Of a stretch of 64,000 nt of DNA, positions 21,608 to 30,010 are shown in pieces. The DNA lies in assembly GCA_963720265.1 (NCBI GenBank), contig CAVRET010000002.1, positions 71,602-135,601 on the forward strand. The letters run 5' to 3'. Source of the DNA: an uncultured bacterium. Lineage in GTDB: Bacteria; Patescibacteriota; Saccharimonadia; UBA4664. A model generated the notes under the pieces. That model ran no database searches and had not been told where the DNA came from. It was given only the letters and a program-made list of their open reading frames with translations. Each line of letters begins with the position of its first letter. Positions within the stretch are counted from its first letter, which is position 1. A program made the position numbers and the translations under genes.

Positions 21608-22072
21608 GGAAAAATAAGTCCAGAGTTACGGGCCGAACAAGCATCCGTTATATGTGTAATTGACGCGTCGGCCCGTAAGGGGATCTCTACCCATGGGTCG
21701 CATTGCGTTACTTCCTTGTTAGAGGTTGTTGGCTCAATGTTTGTTTTTGAGTAAAGATTTTGGTTTGTGAACTTGCGCGCAACGTTTTTAGTTATCGTTT
21801 GTTAATTGCGTAAAGCAAGTTCATAGTGACTTCCTCCTGCCCGTTCGGGCAGCCGGAAGGCAGCCGGCTACAATCAGGGATTGCAACCGCTTGCCCTCCG
21901 ACTCTCGTATTAGCGACCTTTGGCGCGCCGTCCTAGTTTGGGCCTAGGACAAAAAGGTGGCGGACGATAGTAGGGTGAACCCAGGTTAGAAATAAGGGGG
22001 ATACCTCTAACCAGGGCTGACCCTACCATCTGGGAAGGAGTTGAAGTAAGAGACTGGACTGTCAACGAACTT
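21576..22072 (-). ncRNA. Putative ~500-nt large structured RNA of unknown class
   Basis: Promoter TTGACA-N17-TAAGTT upstream, terminator downstream, at least 6 long hairpins with G-U pairs valid only on the minus strand, 5'/3' closing helix AGUCCAG/CUGGACU. Confidence 0.65.
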
Positions 22073-22078
22073 GGCCAT

Positions 22079-22107
22079 AACTTAGCACAAGCGTGATAGA
22101 TTGTCAA
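22079..22107 (-). promoter_or_regulatory. sigma70 promoter for the structured RNA
   Basis: TTGACA (22107-22102), 17-nt spacer, TGn-TAAGTT extended -10 (22084-22079). Confidence 0.7.
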
Positions 22108-22306
22108 TTTCCCTACCCTGCTCTAACTGCATGTGAGGATTACCTACACGTAGGCAAAAAACGACGACTTCGTTGTAATTTTGATCTCCGTTCTATCGGA
22201 CGATGTTGATTTAAAAACAACACCCAGCCTCAAACTAACAAGTGCCTCGCAAGAGTAGAATCACAATTAGAATACGAACGGCTTAAATACGCAAAGGTCG
22301 CAAAGC

Positions 22307-23299
22307 CTAGACGAGACCAAGCCGCTCCTTAACCACGGTCAGCTTGGCATTGGCCAGCTCACTCGCCCGCCACCAGCCGTGCTCCAAGGCCTTATCAATA
22401 CGCTCGTTATCATCTTTCATCAGCTGCTGGAATGTGTGCTGCAGCGGCTTCAGCGTATGTACCACCAAATCAGCCAAGTCTTCCTTGAAATCGCCGTAGC
22501 CTCTTCCGGCATACTTTTCTTCAAGCTCAGGGATAGTCTTCCCGCTCAGCACCGACATGATCACCAGGAGATTCGTCAGCGCTGGCTTGTCCGGACCGCT
22601 TGCCACCTGACTACCGGAGTCGGTAACGGCGCGCATGATCTTCTTCCGAATCAACCCCTCGTCATCGGTCAACAGGATAGAGCCGCTGAGATCTTCATCG
22701 CTCTTGCTCATTTTGCGGGTGGGATCCTGCAAGTCCATAATGCGCGCCCCCTCCTCCTGAACCACCGGCTCCGGCACACGAAACGTATCGCCATGGATAT
22801 TGTTAAACCGGGTCGCGATATCACGCGTCAGTTCTACATGCTGTTTCTGATCATCGCCAACCGGCACTTCATCTGCATCGTAGAGTAAAATGTCAGCCGC
22901 CATCAATACCGGGTAATCATACAAGCCAACCAACTGGCCCTCGGGCCCAAACTTCTGAGCCTTATCTTTAAACTGGGTCATACGATTGAGCTCACCCACG
23001 GTCGTGTAGTTGTTAAAAATCCAGGTTAGCTCCGAGTGAGCCGGCACTTGCGACTGCATGAAGATGTATGAGTGGTCATGGTCAACTCCAGAAGCCAACA
23101 ACCAGGCCACTGCCGCCCGGCTGTTGTGCTTGAGCTCCTTTGGGTCAGGCCGAACCGTGAGAGCATGCAGATTTGGCACAAAGAAAAAGTGCTCGCTTCC
23201 CGACTCAGCACTCATCTCACCCCAGCGTCTGAGTGCGCCCAAGTAATTACCCAGTGTTAAATCACCCGTTGGCTTTACACCTGACACAACTCGCTTCAC
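22307..23299 (-). CDS. trpS: Tryptophanyl-tRNA synthetase
   Basis: TLGN (HIGH-like), YPVLMAADIL, VPVGDDQKQH, KMSKS. Confidence 0.97.
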   Translation of the reverse strand: MKRVVSGVKPTGDLTLGNYLGALRRWGEMSAESGSEHFFFVPNLHALTVRPDPKELKHNSRAAVAWLLASGVDHDHSYIFMQSQVPAHSELTWIFNNYTTVGELNRMTQFKDKAQKFGPEGQLVGLYDYPVLMAADILLYDADEVPVGDDQKQHVELTRDIATRFNNIHGDTFRVPEPVVQEEGARIMDLQDPTRKMSKSDEDLSGSILLTDDEGLIRKKIMRAVTDSGSQVASGPDKPALTNLLVIMSVLSGKTIPELEEKYAGRGYGDFKEDLADLVVHTLKPLQHTFQQLMKDDNERIDKALEHGWWRASELANAKLTVVKERLGLV

Positions 23300-23342
23300 T
23301 CTCGTACTCCTTTACCTTGGCGTTGGCCTTATTATAGCGTCA

Positions 23343-24407
23343 TTAATCGTCGACGGCAGGCCGCTCCAACGTCAGAGGTTCAATACTCGGCGTCGTATCC
23401 GAAATTCTGACCACATCCTTATCAACCTTCTTGAGCTCACGATGTGCCGCGTTAAAGTGATTCACCGTCGTTCCAAGTGAGTTGCCGAGTTTTTGCATGT
23501 ATTGCTCATGCGCCGCCATATGCTGGCCCAACTCTCCCACTCGCTTTTGAATGTCCTTGGTCTTCTCCTCGATTTGTAAGCTCCTGAGGCCTTGTATGAC
23601 TGTCTGCAAGTAGGCCATGAAGCTGGTTGGACTAACAATAATCACCCGCTTGTCCCGAAACGCGTATTCGATCAGATCACGGGCATTCGTTTGCAATGTG
23701 CCCACTTTATTAATCAATAAGTCGTAATAAATCGCTTCACTCGGGATAAACATAAAAGCAAAATCCATCGTATCCTCATTCGGCCGGATGTATTTCGCTG
23801 TTTCATCAATCCGCTGCTTTAAGTCGGATTTAATCGCCTTGATGAGGGCCTCCTGTTTGTCGTGGTCTTTTTCTTCCACTAGCCGGTTATAATTCTCAAG
23901 CGAAAACTTCGAATCTACCGGCAACATAAGCCCGCGGTCAAGCCGAATCACTGCGTCGACAATCTCGCCGTCACCAAATTTGTATTGCAGTTCAAACCGC
24001 TCTGGAGGCAACACATTCTCAAGCACACTCTGCAAGAAATACTCACCCAATACACCGCGCTGTTTGGGATTTTGTAGTGTATTTTGCAACAGCTTAAGCT
24101 CATCGGTAATACTCATGACCCGCTTGTTGCTCTCTTTTAATTCAGTTAAATCGCGCGTCACCTCGCCAATCAACCTACTCGATGCCGCAAACTGCCGGCT
24201 CATCGCCTCATTCATGGCCGCACTCGACTTATCCAGTCGCTCGTTCAACGTATTATGAATCCCCTGCAGATCCTGTTTAATGAGCCCCAGTGCGGCATCA
24301 TTCTTCTCCCCCTCTCTAAGAGCTTGGATTTGCCTGCCCAACACCAGCACCACAGCAACAAAACCAATGACAATCACCACCGCCACAACTATCAAAAGCA
24401 TCATCAT
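23343..24407 (-). CDS. rmuC: DNA recombination protein RmuC
   Basis: N-terminal TM, coiled coil, PKQRGVLGE, VDSKF, MFIPSEAIY, IVSPT. Confidence 0.93.
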   Translation of the reverse strand: MMMLLIVVAVVIVIGFVAVVLVLGRQIQALREGEKNDAALGLIKQDLQGIHNTLNERLDKSSAAMNEAMSRQFAASSRLIGEVTRDLTELKESNKRVMSITDELKLLQNTLQNPKQRGVLGEYFLQSVLENVLPPERFELQYKFGDGEIVDAVIRLDRGLMLPVDSKFSLENYNRLVEEKDHDKQEALIKAIKSDLKQRIDETAKYIRPNEDTMDFAFMFIPSEAIYYDLLINKVGTLQTNARDLIEYAFRDKRVIIVSPTSFMAYLQTVIQGLRSLQIEEKTKDIQKRVGELGQHMAAHEQYMQKLGNSLGTTVNHFNAAHRELKKVDKDVVRISDTTPSIEPLTLERPAVDD

Positions 24408-24778
24408 AGAGCTACTATATCAGCGCCCTATCTTCCGAACAACACCCAAACAGCCTAAGACAAAGTAAGCGATCCTTTTGTCGCATAAGATATGACATTA
24501 TCCAGTGATTTTTTGGCTTTGTAGAGGAAAAGATTTTTAAAACTTTGACAAGAAACTCAGCCCGAACAAACGATGTTATGGTATGTTTTTGCAAATTAGA
24601 CCGATAGACGTTGTCGTCCTACGATTATGGGGTAACCAAAAAGGCCGGTACGTCTACCGACCATCGGCCATTTGGCTGCTAGGACCGTATCAAGATCGTC
24701 GCAATCTTTGTGGCGATCTTTTTGATCGCTAGCCACGCCAAGTCGCAAGTTTTTGCGACTAAAACGCTGGCGATCCAT

Positions 24779-25362
24779 TAACCCCGCGAGGAACCCCGGA
24801 GCTTGCTCCGGGGAGGGATAGCGCCGGCGAGCACCTGTCCGCCTCTGGTGGACACAGCAGTCTTTCATTAGCACAATGGTGGTATGGACGTTCAAATCGG
24901 TGCCCACTGTCGGTATCAGATTCGGTACCATTTGGTATGGGGTGTCAAACTTCGACGCAAGGTACTGCTAGCCAACCGCAGCCAATACTTAAAGCGGGTG
25001 CTTGTCGAGATAGCCCAGGCTTACGACTGGGAGCTGGAAGCTGTTGGCACCGATGACGACCATGTCCATGTATTTATAGGTGCTCATCCAAAAATCGCGC
25101 CAGAGAAGTTGGTACAGATCTTAAAAAGCAAGAGCGCACGGGCCTTGTTTGTCCAGTTTCCCGAAGTCAAACAGTTCTTGTGGGGCGGTGCGATGTGGAG
25201 TGTCGGCTATTACATTAGGACCGTCTCTGACGGTCCGTTGGAAGGAGTTATAAAGACGTATGTTGAGCAACAAGGTAAGCACCGACCCACTCAGGCCAAA
25301 TCGTACCAACTGAAGCTGGTGCCCTAAGTGACAACCACGGAGCTTGCTCCGTGGGGGTGTCT
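24779..25362 (+). mobile_element. IS200-type insertion sequence (tnpA only, no tnpB)
   Basis: Subterminal hairpins CCCCGGAGCTTGCTCCGGGG (24794-24813) and CCACGGAGCTTGCTCCGTGG (25335-25354). Guide GGAA and target CCAT (24775-24778) fit the IS608 pairing rule. Right end is uncertain by 2 nt. Confidence 0.85.
24884..25327 (+). CDS. tnpA: IS200/IS605 family Y1 transposase
   Basis: YHLVW..K.RR, HUH motif DHVH, LKSKSAR, W..GYY, catalytic YVEQQ. Confidence 0.95.
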   Translation: MDVQIGAHCRYQIRYHLVWGVKLRRKVLLANRSQYLKRVLVEIAQAYDWELEAVGTDDDHVHVFIGAHPKIAPEKLVQILKSKSARALFVQFPEVKQFLWGGAMWSVGYYIRTVSDGPLEGVIKTYVEQQGKHRPTQAKSYQLKLVP

Positions 25363-25598
25363 TTGAAAGACCTACACGAGAAGGAGCCGGACAATCTCGT
25401 CCATGCTGGCCTCCGTGTTTATATTGGTTTTAAACGGAGGCGGTGTAACCCGCACCTCCAATAAACCACAAGAATTTTAGCTTTTAGCTTGACGATATTG
25501 ATTATATCCGTAAATGTATTCGAATGTGTTGTTAATACCACAACAAAGCCATATTTTGGCTTAAGTCAGTCCGCCGATGCTATGAGGGGTCACTCGAC

Positions 25599-26054
25599 CT
25601 AAACTATAGCTTTCAATAAACCGTCGATGCCCCGCTCAAACGCCGTCTCATCCTGCACACTCAAACGCTCAAATAATTCCTTTTGTCGCCGTGCCATCAT
25701 TGCCGCCGCCTCCCCCACTGCCTGCTTCCCTCGATCGGTCAAAGCTAGTACGTTCTCGCGCTTGCTCTTCGGATGCGGCTGCTGGATTACGAGCCCGCGT
25801 GTACCAAGTACTTCAACCTGCCGCGTTACAACTGCCGGCGTTACGTCCAAATAGCTGGCCAGCTCTCGCTGGCTCGCCTCGCCGAGTACGGCCAGCCCAT
25901 CAAGCAGCCTAAATTGAGAAAAGGTCAGCGCGAAGCTGACCTTTAACTCTGACTCCACCTCTCGCTCGAGGCTATTTGCGACTCGGGCGATTTTGTTGAG
26001 AAGTGATTTCTCAAATTTTGATTGAGAATTCCTTACCTGCACATTGAACTCCAT
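25599..26054 (-). CDS. MarR family transcriptional regulator
   Basis: LTFSQFRLL..SQRELA..VTR.V..L..RGLV..KRE..LTDRG; start set at ATG 26054. Confidence 0.88.
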   Translation of the reverse strand: MEFNVQVRNSQSKFEKSLLNKIARVANSLEREVESELKVSFALTFSQFRLLDGLAVLGEASQRELASYLDVTPAVVTRQVEVLGTRGLVIQQPHPKSKRENVLALTDRGKQAVGEAAAMMARRQKELFERLSVQDETAFERGIDGLLKAIV

Positions 26055-26353
26055 AAACAATATACCCCTAAATAATTTAGGGGTCAACAGTTTTCCCTCA
26101 CGATTTATCCACATGCTATCCCCCATCCGCGGCGCCAAACCGAACACCCAACCTAAATCCGTCAACTCTATCTGACAGTAAGCACGCTCCAGGATACGAC
26201 AGCATTAGAAATGCTATATTTTCCGAAATTCCGACTTAAAGTAAGGCTGAATCATATAGTATTTCTCTATTTATTAAATTAATGCATCTCGCAAGCTTAG
26301 GGATGCTAAAATAACAAAGCTGAAAAAGCCGACTTGAAAGGCGGTGTACCTAC

Positions 26354-26557
26354 ATGCCTGAAACCAATTGGATCGCCAGGCGGCACAGCGGAGGCCACTC
26401 CACCTATGCCACTGCCGAACACGCCGACTCGACCAACCAGACTACCCTAAGAGGACTGGCCATGCGCTTTCCAACCGAAGGACAGGCGAAGAAGGTTTTC
26501 GCCGACATGAACCCTGGCGAGCAAGCGCTATGGGAGACCCTCGAGGTACACAACTAA
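26354..26557 (+). CDS. Small hypothetical protein (67 aa)
   Basis: GAAAGG SD-like sequence, ATG, followed by a strong hairpin. Confidence 0.55.
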   Translation: MPETNWIARRHSGGHSTYATAEHADSTNQTTLRGLAMRFPTEGQAKKVFADMNPGEQALWETLEVHN

Positions 26558-26565
26558 GTCCAGCC

Positions 26566-26601
26566 TGAACTCTTCCGGGGTTCATCCCCCGGAAGAGTTC
26601 A
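26566..26601 (+). terminator. Strong hairpin (probable terminator)
   Basis: TGAACTCTTCCGGGG...CCCCGGAAGAGTTCA inverted repeat; no clear U-tract. Confidence 0.55.
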
Positions 26602-26770
26602 GATCCAGTTCGTGATTAAGTTAAAATTACTTTAACTACTTCTCTTTCTTTTAAAGTTTATTAAAAAATTCGATAATAATAAGGTTGCAGCGTGATTGAA
26701 TTATCATTTTTTTGGCCAACGATAATGTTATAAAAACTGAAATTATTGCAGAAATTAAGTGTGATTTGGC

Positions 26771-26813
26771 AACATTAAAACCGCCTACGTCGACGTTAGG
26801 CGGTTTTAATGTT
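26771..26813. terminator. Bidirectional terminator-like hairpin
   Basis: AACATTAAAACCGCCTA...TAGGCGGTTTTAATGTT downstream of vapC. Confidence 0.7.
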
Positions 26814-26841
26814 CGTCCTGTGCGGCCAGCTTCGAAACTGG
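26813..26841 (+). repeat. att-arm direct repeat copy 1
   Basis: TCGTCCTGTGCGGCCAGCTTCGAAACTGG; one mismatch to the copy at 27625-27653. Confidence 0.85.
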
Positions 26842-26854
26842 CACACCTCAGATG

Positions 26855-27253
26855 CTACAAGCCCTCTATGATGATCTCATCAAGACGAAGATTGGTAAGC
26901 ATTTTATCGTTAGTAATAAAGACCTCAGCCTTATGCTCAACTGCGGTTGCAATGTGAACAGCGTCATAACCATAAACCGCCCTCCCATAATGCTTAGTCA
27001 ATTCAATCGCACGCTCGCAGATCCTTAAACTAACTGGCATAAACTTAGTTGCGCCCAAATCCCGCAATGCAGCTACTAGCTCAGTAGGATCGCCTTCCTG
27101 CAACATCACGCCCGTAAGAAGCTCTTGCCACGCTAGAACTGATAATACAGCTCCCTCATGCTCGCCTCTCTGCACAATAGATTGTGCCGCTTTTGACCAG
27201 GAACTTGTGCCTTCGAGAGCGTAGATCAGTATATTTGTGTCGTAGGCTATCAC
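26855..27253 (-). CDS. vapC: PIN-domain toxin (VapC family)
   Basis: DTNILIY, E, YDAVHIATA, FITND acidic PIN residues. Confidence 0.92.
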   Translation of the reverse strand: MIAYDTNILIYALEGTSSWSKAAQSIVQRGEHEGAVLSVLAWQELLTGVMLQEGDPTELVAALRDLGATKFMPVSLRICERAIELTKHYGRAVYGYDAVHIATAVEHKAEVFITNDKMLTNLRLDEIIIEGL

Positions 27254-27528
27254 GATTTAAGTCTGGGTTGCATTGAATCACGCAACGTCCTAGTGTATTC
27301 GGCCGCATCTTGACCACGATTAGTCCATAGACCAGGAAGAGTACCGAAACGCCTCTCGATGGGCAGCTTCTCAGAAATCTTTAGATCGCCGTCATCCGTG
27401 ACAGTAACCGTAATCCGAGACCCAGGTTTTAAATTGAGCTGCTCACGCAAGTTCCTAGGCAAAGTAACCTGACTCTGCGACGAAACCTTTAGTGTGTAGG
27501 AAGTGTTCTTCATACACTGAATATACAT
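27250..27528 (-). CDS. AbrB/MazE-type antitoxin (VapB-like)
   Basis: KVSSQSQVTLPRNLREQLNLKPG; 4-nt overlap with the toxin. Confidence 0.9.
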   Translation of the reverse strand: MYIQCMKNTSYTLKVSSQSQVTLPRNLREQLNLKPGSRITVTVTDDGDLKISEKLPIERRFGTLPGLWTNRGQDAAEYTRTLRDSMQPRLKS

Positions 27529-27624
27529 GATAATGGTACTAAAGTAAAGGTAAACGATTTACTTTATATATGACAGCTCAATCGTAAACATCTTGTCTGC
27601 ACAATAAAAGCATAAGAATCTTGG

Positions 27625-27653
27625 TCGTCCTGTGCGGCCAGCTTCGGAACTGG
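27625..27653 (+). repeat. att-arm direct repeat copy 2 (overlaps core TGGTCG at 27622-27627)
   Basis: TCGTCCTGTGCGGCCAGCTTCGGAACTGG; TGGTCG matches the tRNA-Pro 3' end at 32512-32517. Confidence 0.85.
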
Positions 27654-27667
27654 GACGACTTATCCAA

Positions 27668-28231
27668 TTAGGACTTCGTAAATAGCTCCTCAGTGTCCTT
27701 CAAAAATACATCCAGCATATCCTTCTCCGACAGCCCCTTGTTCTTGTGCCCCAAATCAGTACGCATACACAGAATCACTCGAGCCGCCGCCTTCAACACA
27801 TTTTGGCTATCAGCAACGGCTGACCGCCGGAACTCAACAAATGCCTTTAGCGTGTTATCACTCCACCAAAGAGACCCATTTACCATCGCGCTTCTTAGCA
27901 TATCTCTTACGAAATTCAGATCTTTTGCCTTATCCGGGTCCTGAGTCACGGCCCAAATGTCACTCATAAACTTCGAGCAGACTTCCTCCTTTCTCTGCGC
28001 CTGCTGGGCTTGAATCTGGAGTTCCCGATCTTTCAGCTTTGTTGACCGTGCCACCCAAACCGATCCCCCTACAGTAAGCACTGCCACGACCAGGGTAACA
28101 TTGAGGTGCTTTAGATCAGCTCCAAAACTCTGCCAGAGCCATCTCAAGAATAATAATGCCAACACTAATAGCCCCAACGAAACGACCAAACCGAGCATAA
28201 TCTGTGCTTTCGACGGCTTAACTCTAGCCAT
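27668..28231 (-). CDS. Hypothetical membrane protein (two N-terminal TMs plus helical domain), element cargo
   Basis: GAGG SD and ATG; hydrophobic N-terminus. Confidence 0.75.
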   Translation of the reverse strand: MARVKPSKAQIMLGLVVSLGLLVLALLFLRWLWQSFGADLKHLNVTLVVAVLTVGGSVWVARSTKLKDRELQIQAQQAQRKEEVCSKFMSDIWAVTQDPDKAKDLNFVRDMLRSAMVNGSLWWSDNTLKAFVEFRRSAVADSQNVLKAAARVILCMRTDLGHKNKGLSEKDMLDVFLKDTEELFTKS

Positions 28232-28284
28232 ATATCGTACCTCTTACCTTAATTCTCTAGCGCAACACTATACAGTCTGCGCAC

Positions 28285-28575
28285 CTATTTCTGATTTTTC
28301 TGCGTACACGTACTGTATGGAAGACAAAACTGATTGAATATCGTGCCAGCACTTTTGAGCAATGCAGCTCCAAAGAATAATGTGGCGAGTATAACCGCGA
28401 TGCCTATCGCGCAAGCCATCATCTGCCCCGGACTAAACTTACGCAACTCAGCCAGAAAGTTACGCCTTGGGTGAGGTTTCGGCTTTCTATCGACACGCTC
28501 AACTATCCGAGCTTGCCGGATGTCCGGAATTTTAGGATTCTTTGCACGCCTGAGGTCGCGCATAACTCGTAGCAT
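28285..28575 (-). CDS. Hypothetical single-TM protein, element cargo
   Basis: Basic N-terminus then TM; GAGGG upstream. Confidence 0.5.
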   Translation of the reverse strand: MLRVMRDLRRAKNPKIPDIRQARIVERVDRKPKPHPRRNFLAELRKFSPGQMMACAIGIAVILATLFFGAALLKSAGTIFNQFCLPYSTCTQKNQK

Positions 28576-28926
28576 GATGGTTGATAACCCTCATATCTCC
28601 CATCGCTACGGCACTACTACCAAAGGTTCACCTATCCAAAAAATACTCTCTGTAAAGCCATAAAATTGGCTTCAGGCTATTGAACGGCCTACAAATTTCT
28701 GTTAACCTTTGGTTACGTCACAGTAGACTTAGGGGGATGATTAATTTTTCAAAATCTGACAAAAGATCTGGAGCTAAGGGGGCAAAGCGTCGCCAAACAC
28801 GTACCCCTATTTTTGTCATGTGTTATCATTCCTCCTACTGTGATTTAGTAATACTCCGGCCTTACCGCTTATGCTTGGCTTTGCAAAGCCACTAAAGCTA
28901 ATGACGGTTACATTATGGCCCGGCCC

Positions 28927-28959
28927 ATAGCCTCCTGACAAGTGGAGGCTATTTATTTT
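28927..28959 (+). terminator. Intrinsic terminator-like hairpin
   Basis: ATAGCCTCC-N8-GGAGGCTAT followed by a T-rich run. Confidence 0.55.
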
Positions 28960-29083
28960 GGCGTCTTTTTTTATTCACGCCTATACTAGTCACACTACCT
29001 TATCTGATATACCCTGCCATCAGTAGACAGTGACCACATCTCGGTAGTCTCGATACCCTGCCTAGCTCTACATATGATATATT

Positions 29084-29812
29084 TTGCCCATGCTAACAAA
29101 ACAACAGATTATCGATGAGATTAAGCGCACTGCCAGTGACAACGAAGGCAAACCATTGGGAGAGCGCAAGTTCAAAAGCGAAACCGGTATCAGCTCATGG
29201 GATTGGGGCAAGTATTGGGCAAGGTTTGGTGATGCACGGAGAGAAGCTGGTTTTGAGCCCAACCAAAGAAATGTCGCCTATGAGGACGAGGTATTAAATG
29301 AGAAAGCCGTTGAGTTGATACGTAGCTTAGGCAAGCTACCCACATATCGCGAACTACATCTAGCCTCGGTGAATGACCTGGACTTTCCATCCATTCACGC
29401 GTTTCGAAGGCGTTATACGACTATACCTGGCCTTATCGAGGGGTTATACGAGTTCTATAAAGGCAAAGATGGCTATCAAGACATAGTTAGCCTTTGTATA
29501 CCTGTACTAGAGAACACTGTTGGGGCACCAGCTACTGCAAAAGATAACGCTAGTGCCGGTGAAGTTTACCTTGTCAAATCGGGCCGCTATTACAAGATCG
29601 GCATGACTCGTGACATTGTACGACGAGGAAGTGAACTTAGGATTCAGCTTCCAGAGCGAATGGACTTGATTCATTCAATTACTACCGATGACCCGAGTGG
29701 CATTGAATCCTACTCGCACAGACGTTTTGAGCCTAAGCGAATGAACGGTGAATGGTTTGACCTCACTTCTACCGAAGTTAAGGCATTTAAGCGTTGGAAG
29801 CGGATATACTAA
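29084..29812 (+). CDS. GIY-YIG-like (T5orf172/MUG113) nuclease with N-terminal homing-endonuclease-associated repeats
   Basis: GEVYL..YKIGMT..RR..L..IE..HRRF..KR..GEWF; two repeats (IIDEIKR...FG..REAG and L...G.LPT). Confidence 0.8.
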   Translation: MPMLTKQQIIDEIKRTASDNEGKPLGERKFKSETGISSWDWGKYWARFGDARREAGFEPNQRNVAYEDEVLNEKAVELIRSLGKLPTYRELHLASVNDLDFPSIHAFRRRYTTIPGLIEGLYEFYKGKDGYQDIVSLCIPVLENTVGAPATAKDNASAGEVYLVKSGRYYKIGMTRDIVRRGSELRIQLPERMDLIHSITTDDPSGIESYSHRRFEPKRMNGEWFDLTSTEVKAFKRWKRIY

Positions 29813-30010
29813 GCGTACACTCTTTCAATTTCAGCTAGATCTGGTATCCTCTCTTTTTCTAAGAAGGAGGATTCAGTTTATGATGACTAACAACCGTATC
29901 TCAGCCCTTCCGACGGCTATTCAAATCATGTGGTCCACAGAGCGGGCTGAATCGCTTGGGGGACATGTCGGACGGCCAGATGTGCATGTGACTTATATAC
30001 AGGCTTATTC

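Noticed and set aside
21576-22072. T-box riboswitch for pheST, RNase P RNA or SRP RNA
   Set aside because: No UGGNACC antiterminator bulge or stem I motifs. GAGGAAGUC only partly resembles RNase P CR-I, and the other conserved regions are missing. Plus-strand CCGGAAGGCAGC lacks the SRP helix-8 context, and the wobble pairs favour the minus strand.
24596-24931. 111-aa minus-strand ORF as tnpB or an accessory gene
   Set aside because: Crosses the IS left end, has no RuvC or Zn motifs and appears to be a shadow ORF.
26105-26113. DnaA box TTATCCACA as a replication origin
   Set aside because: Single box with no cluster and no dnaA/dnaN nearby.
26813-27653. CRISPR array
   Set aside because: Only two 29-bp copies, 812 bp apart, and no cas genes.
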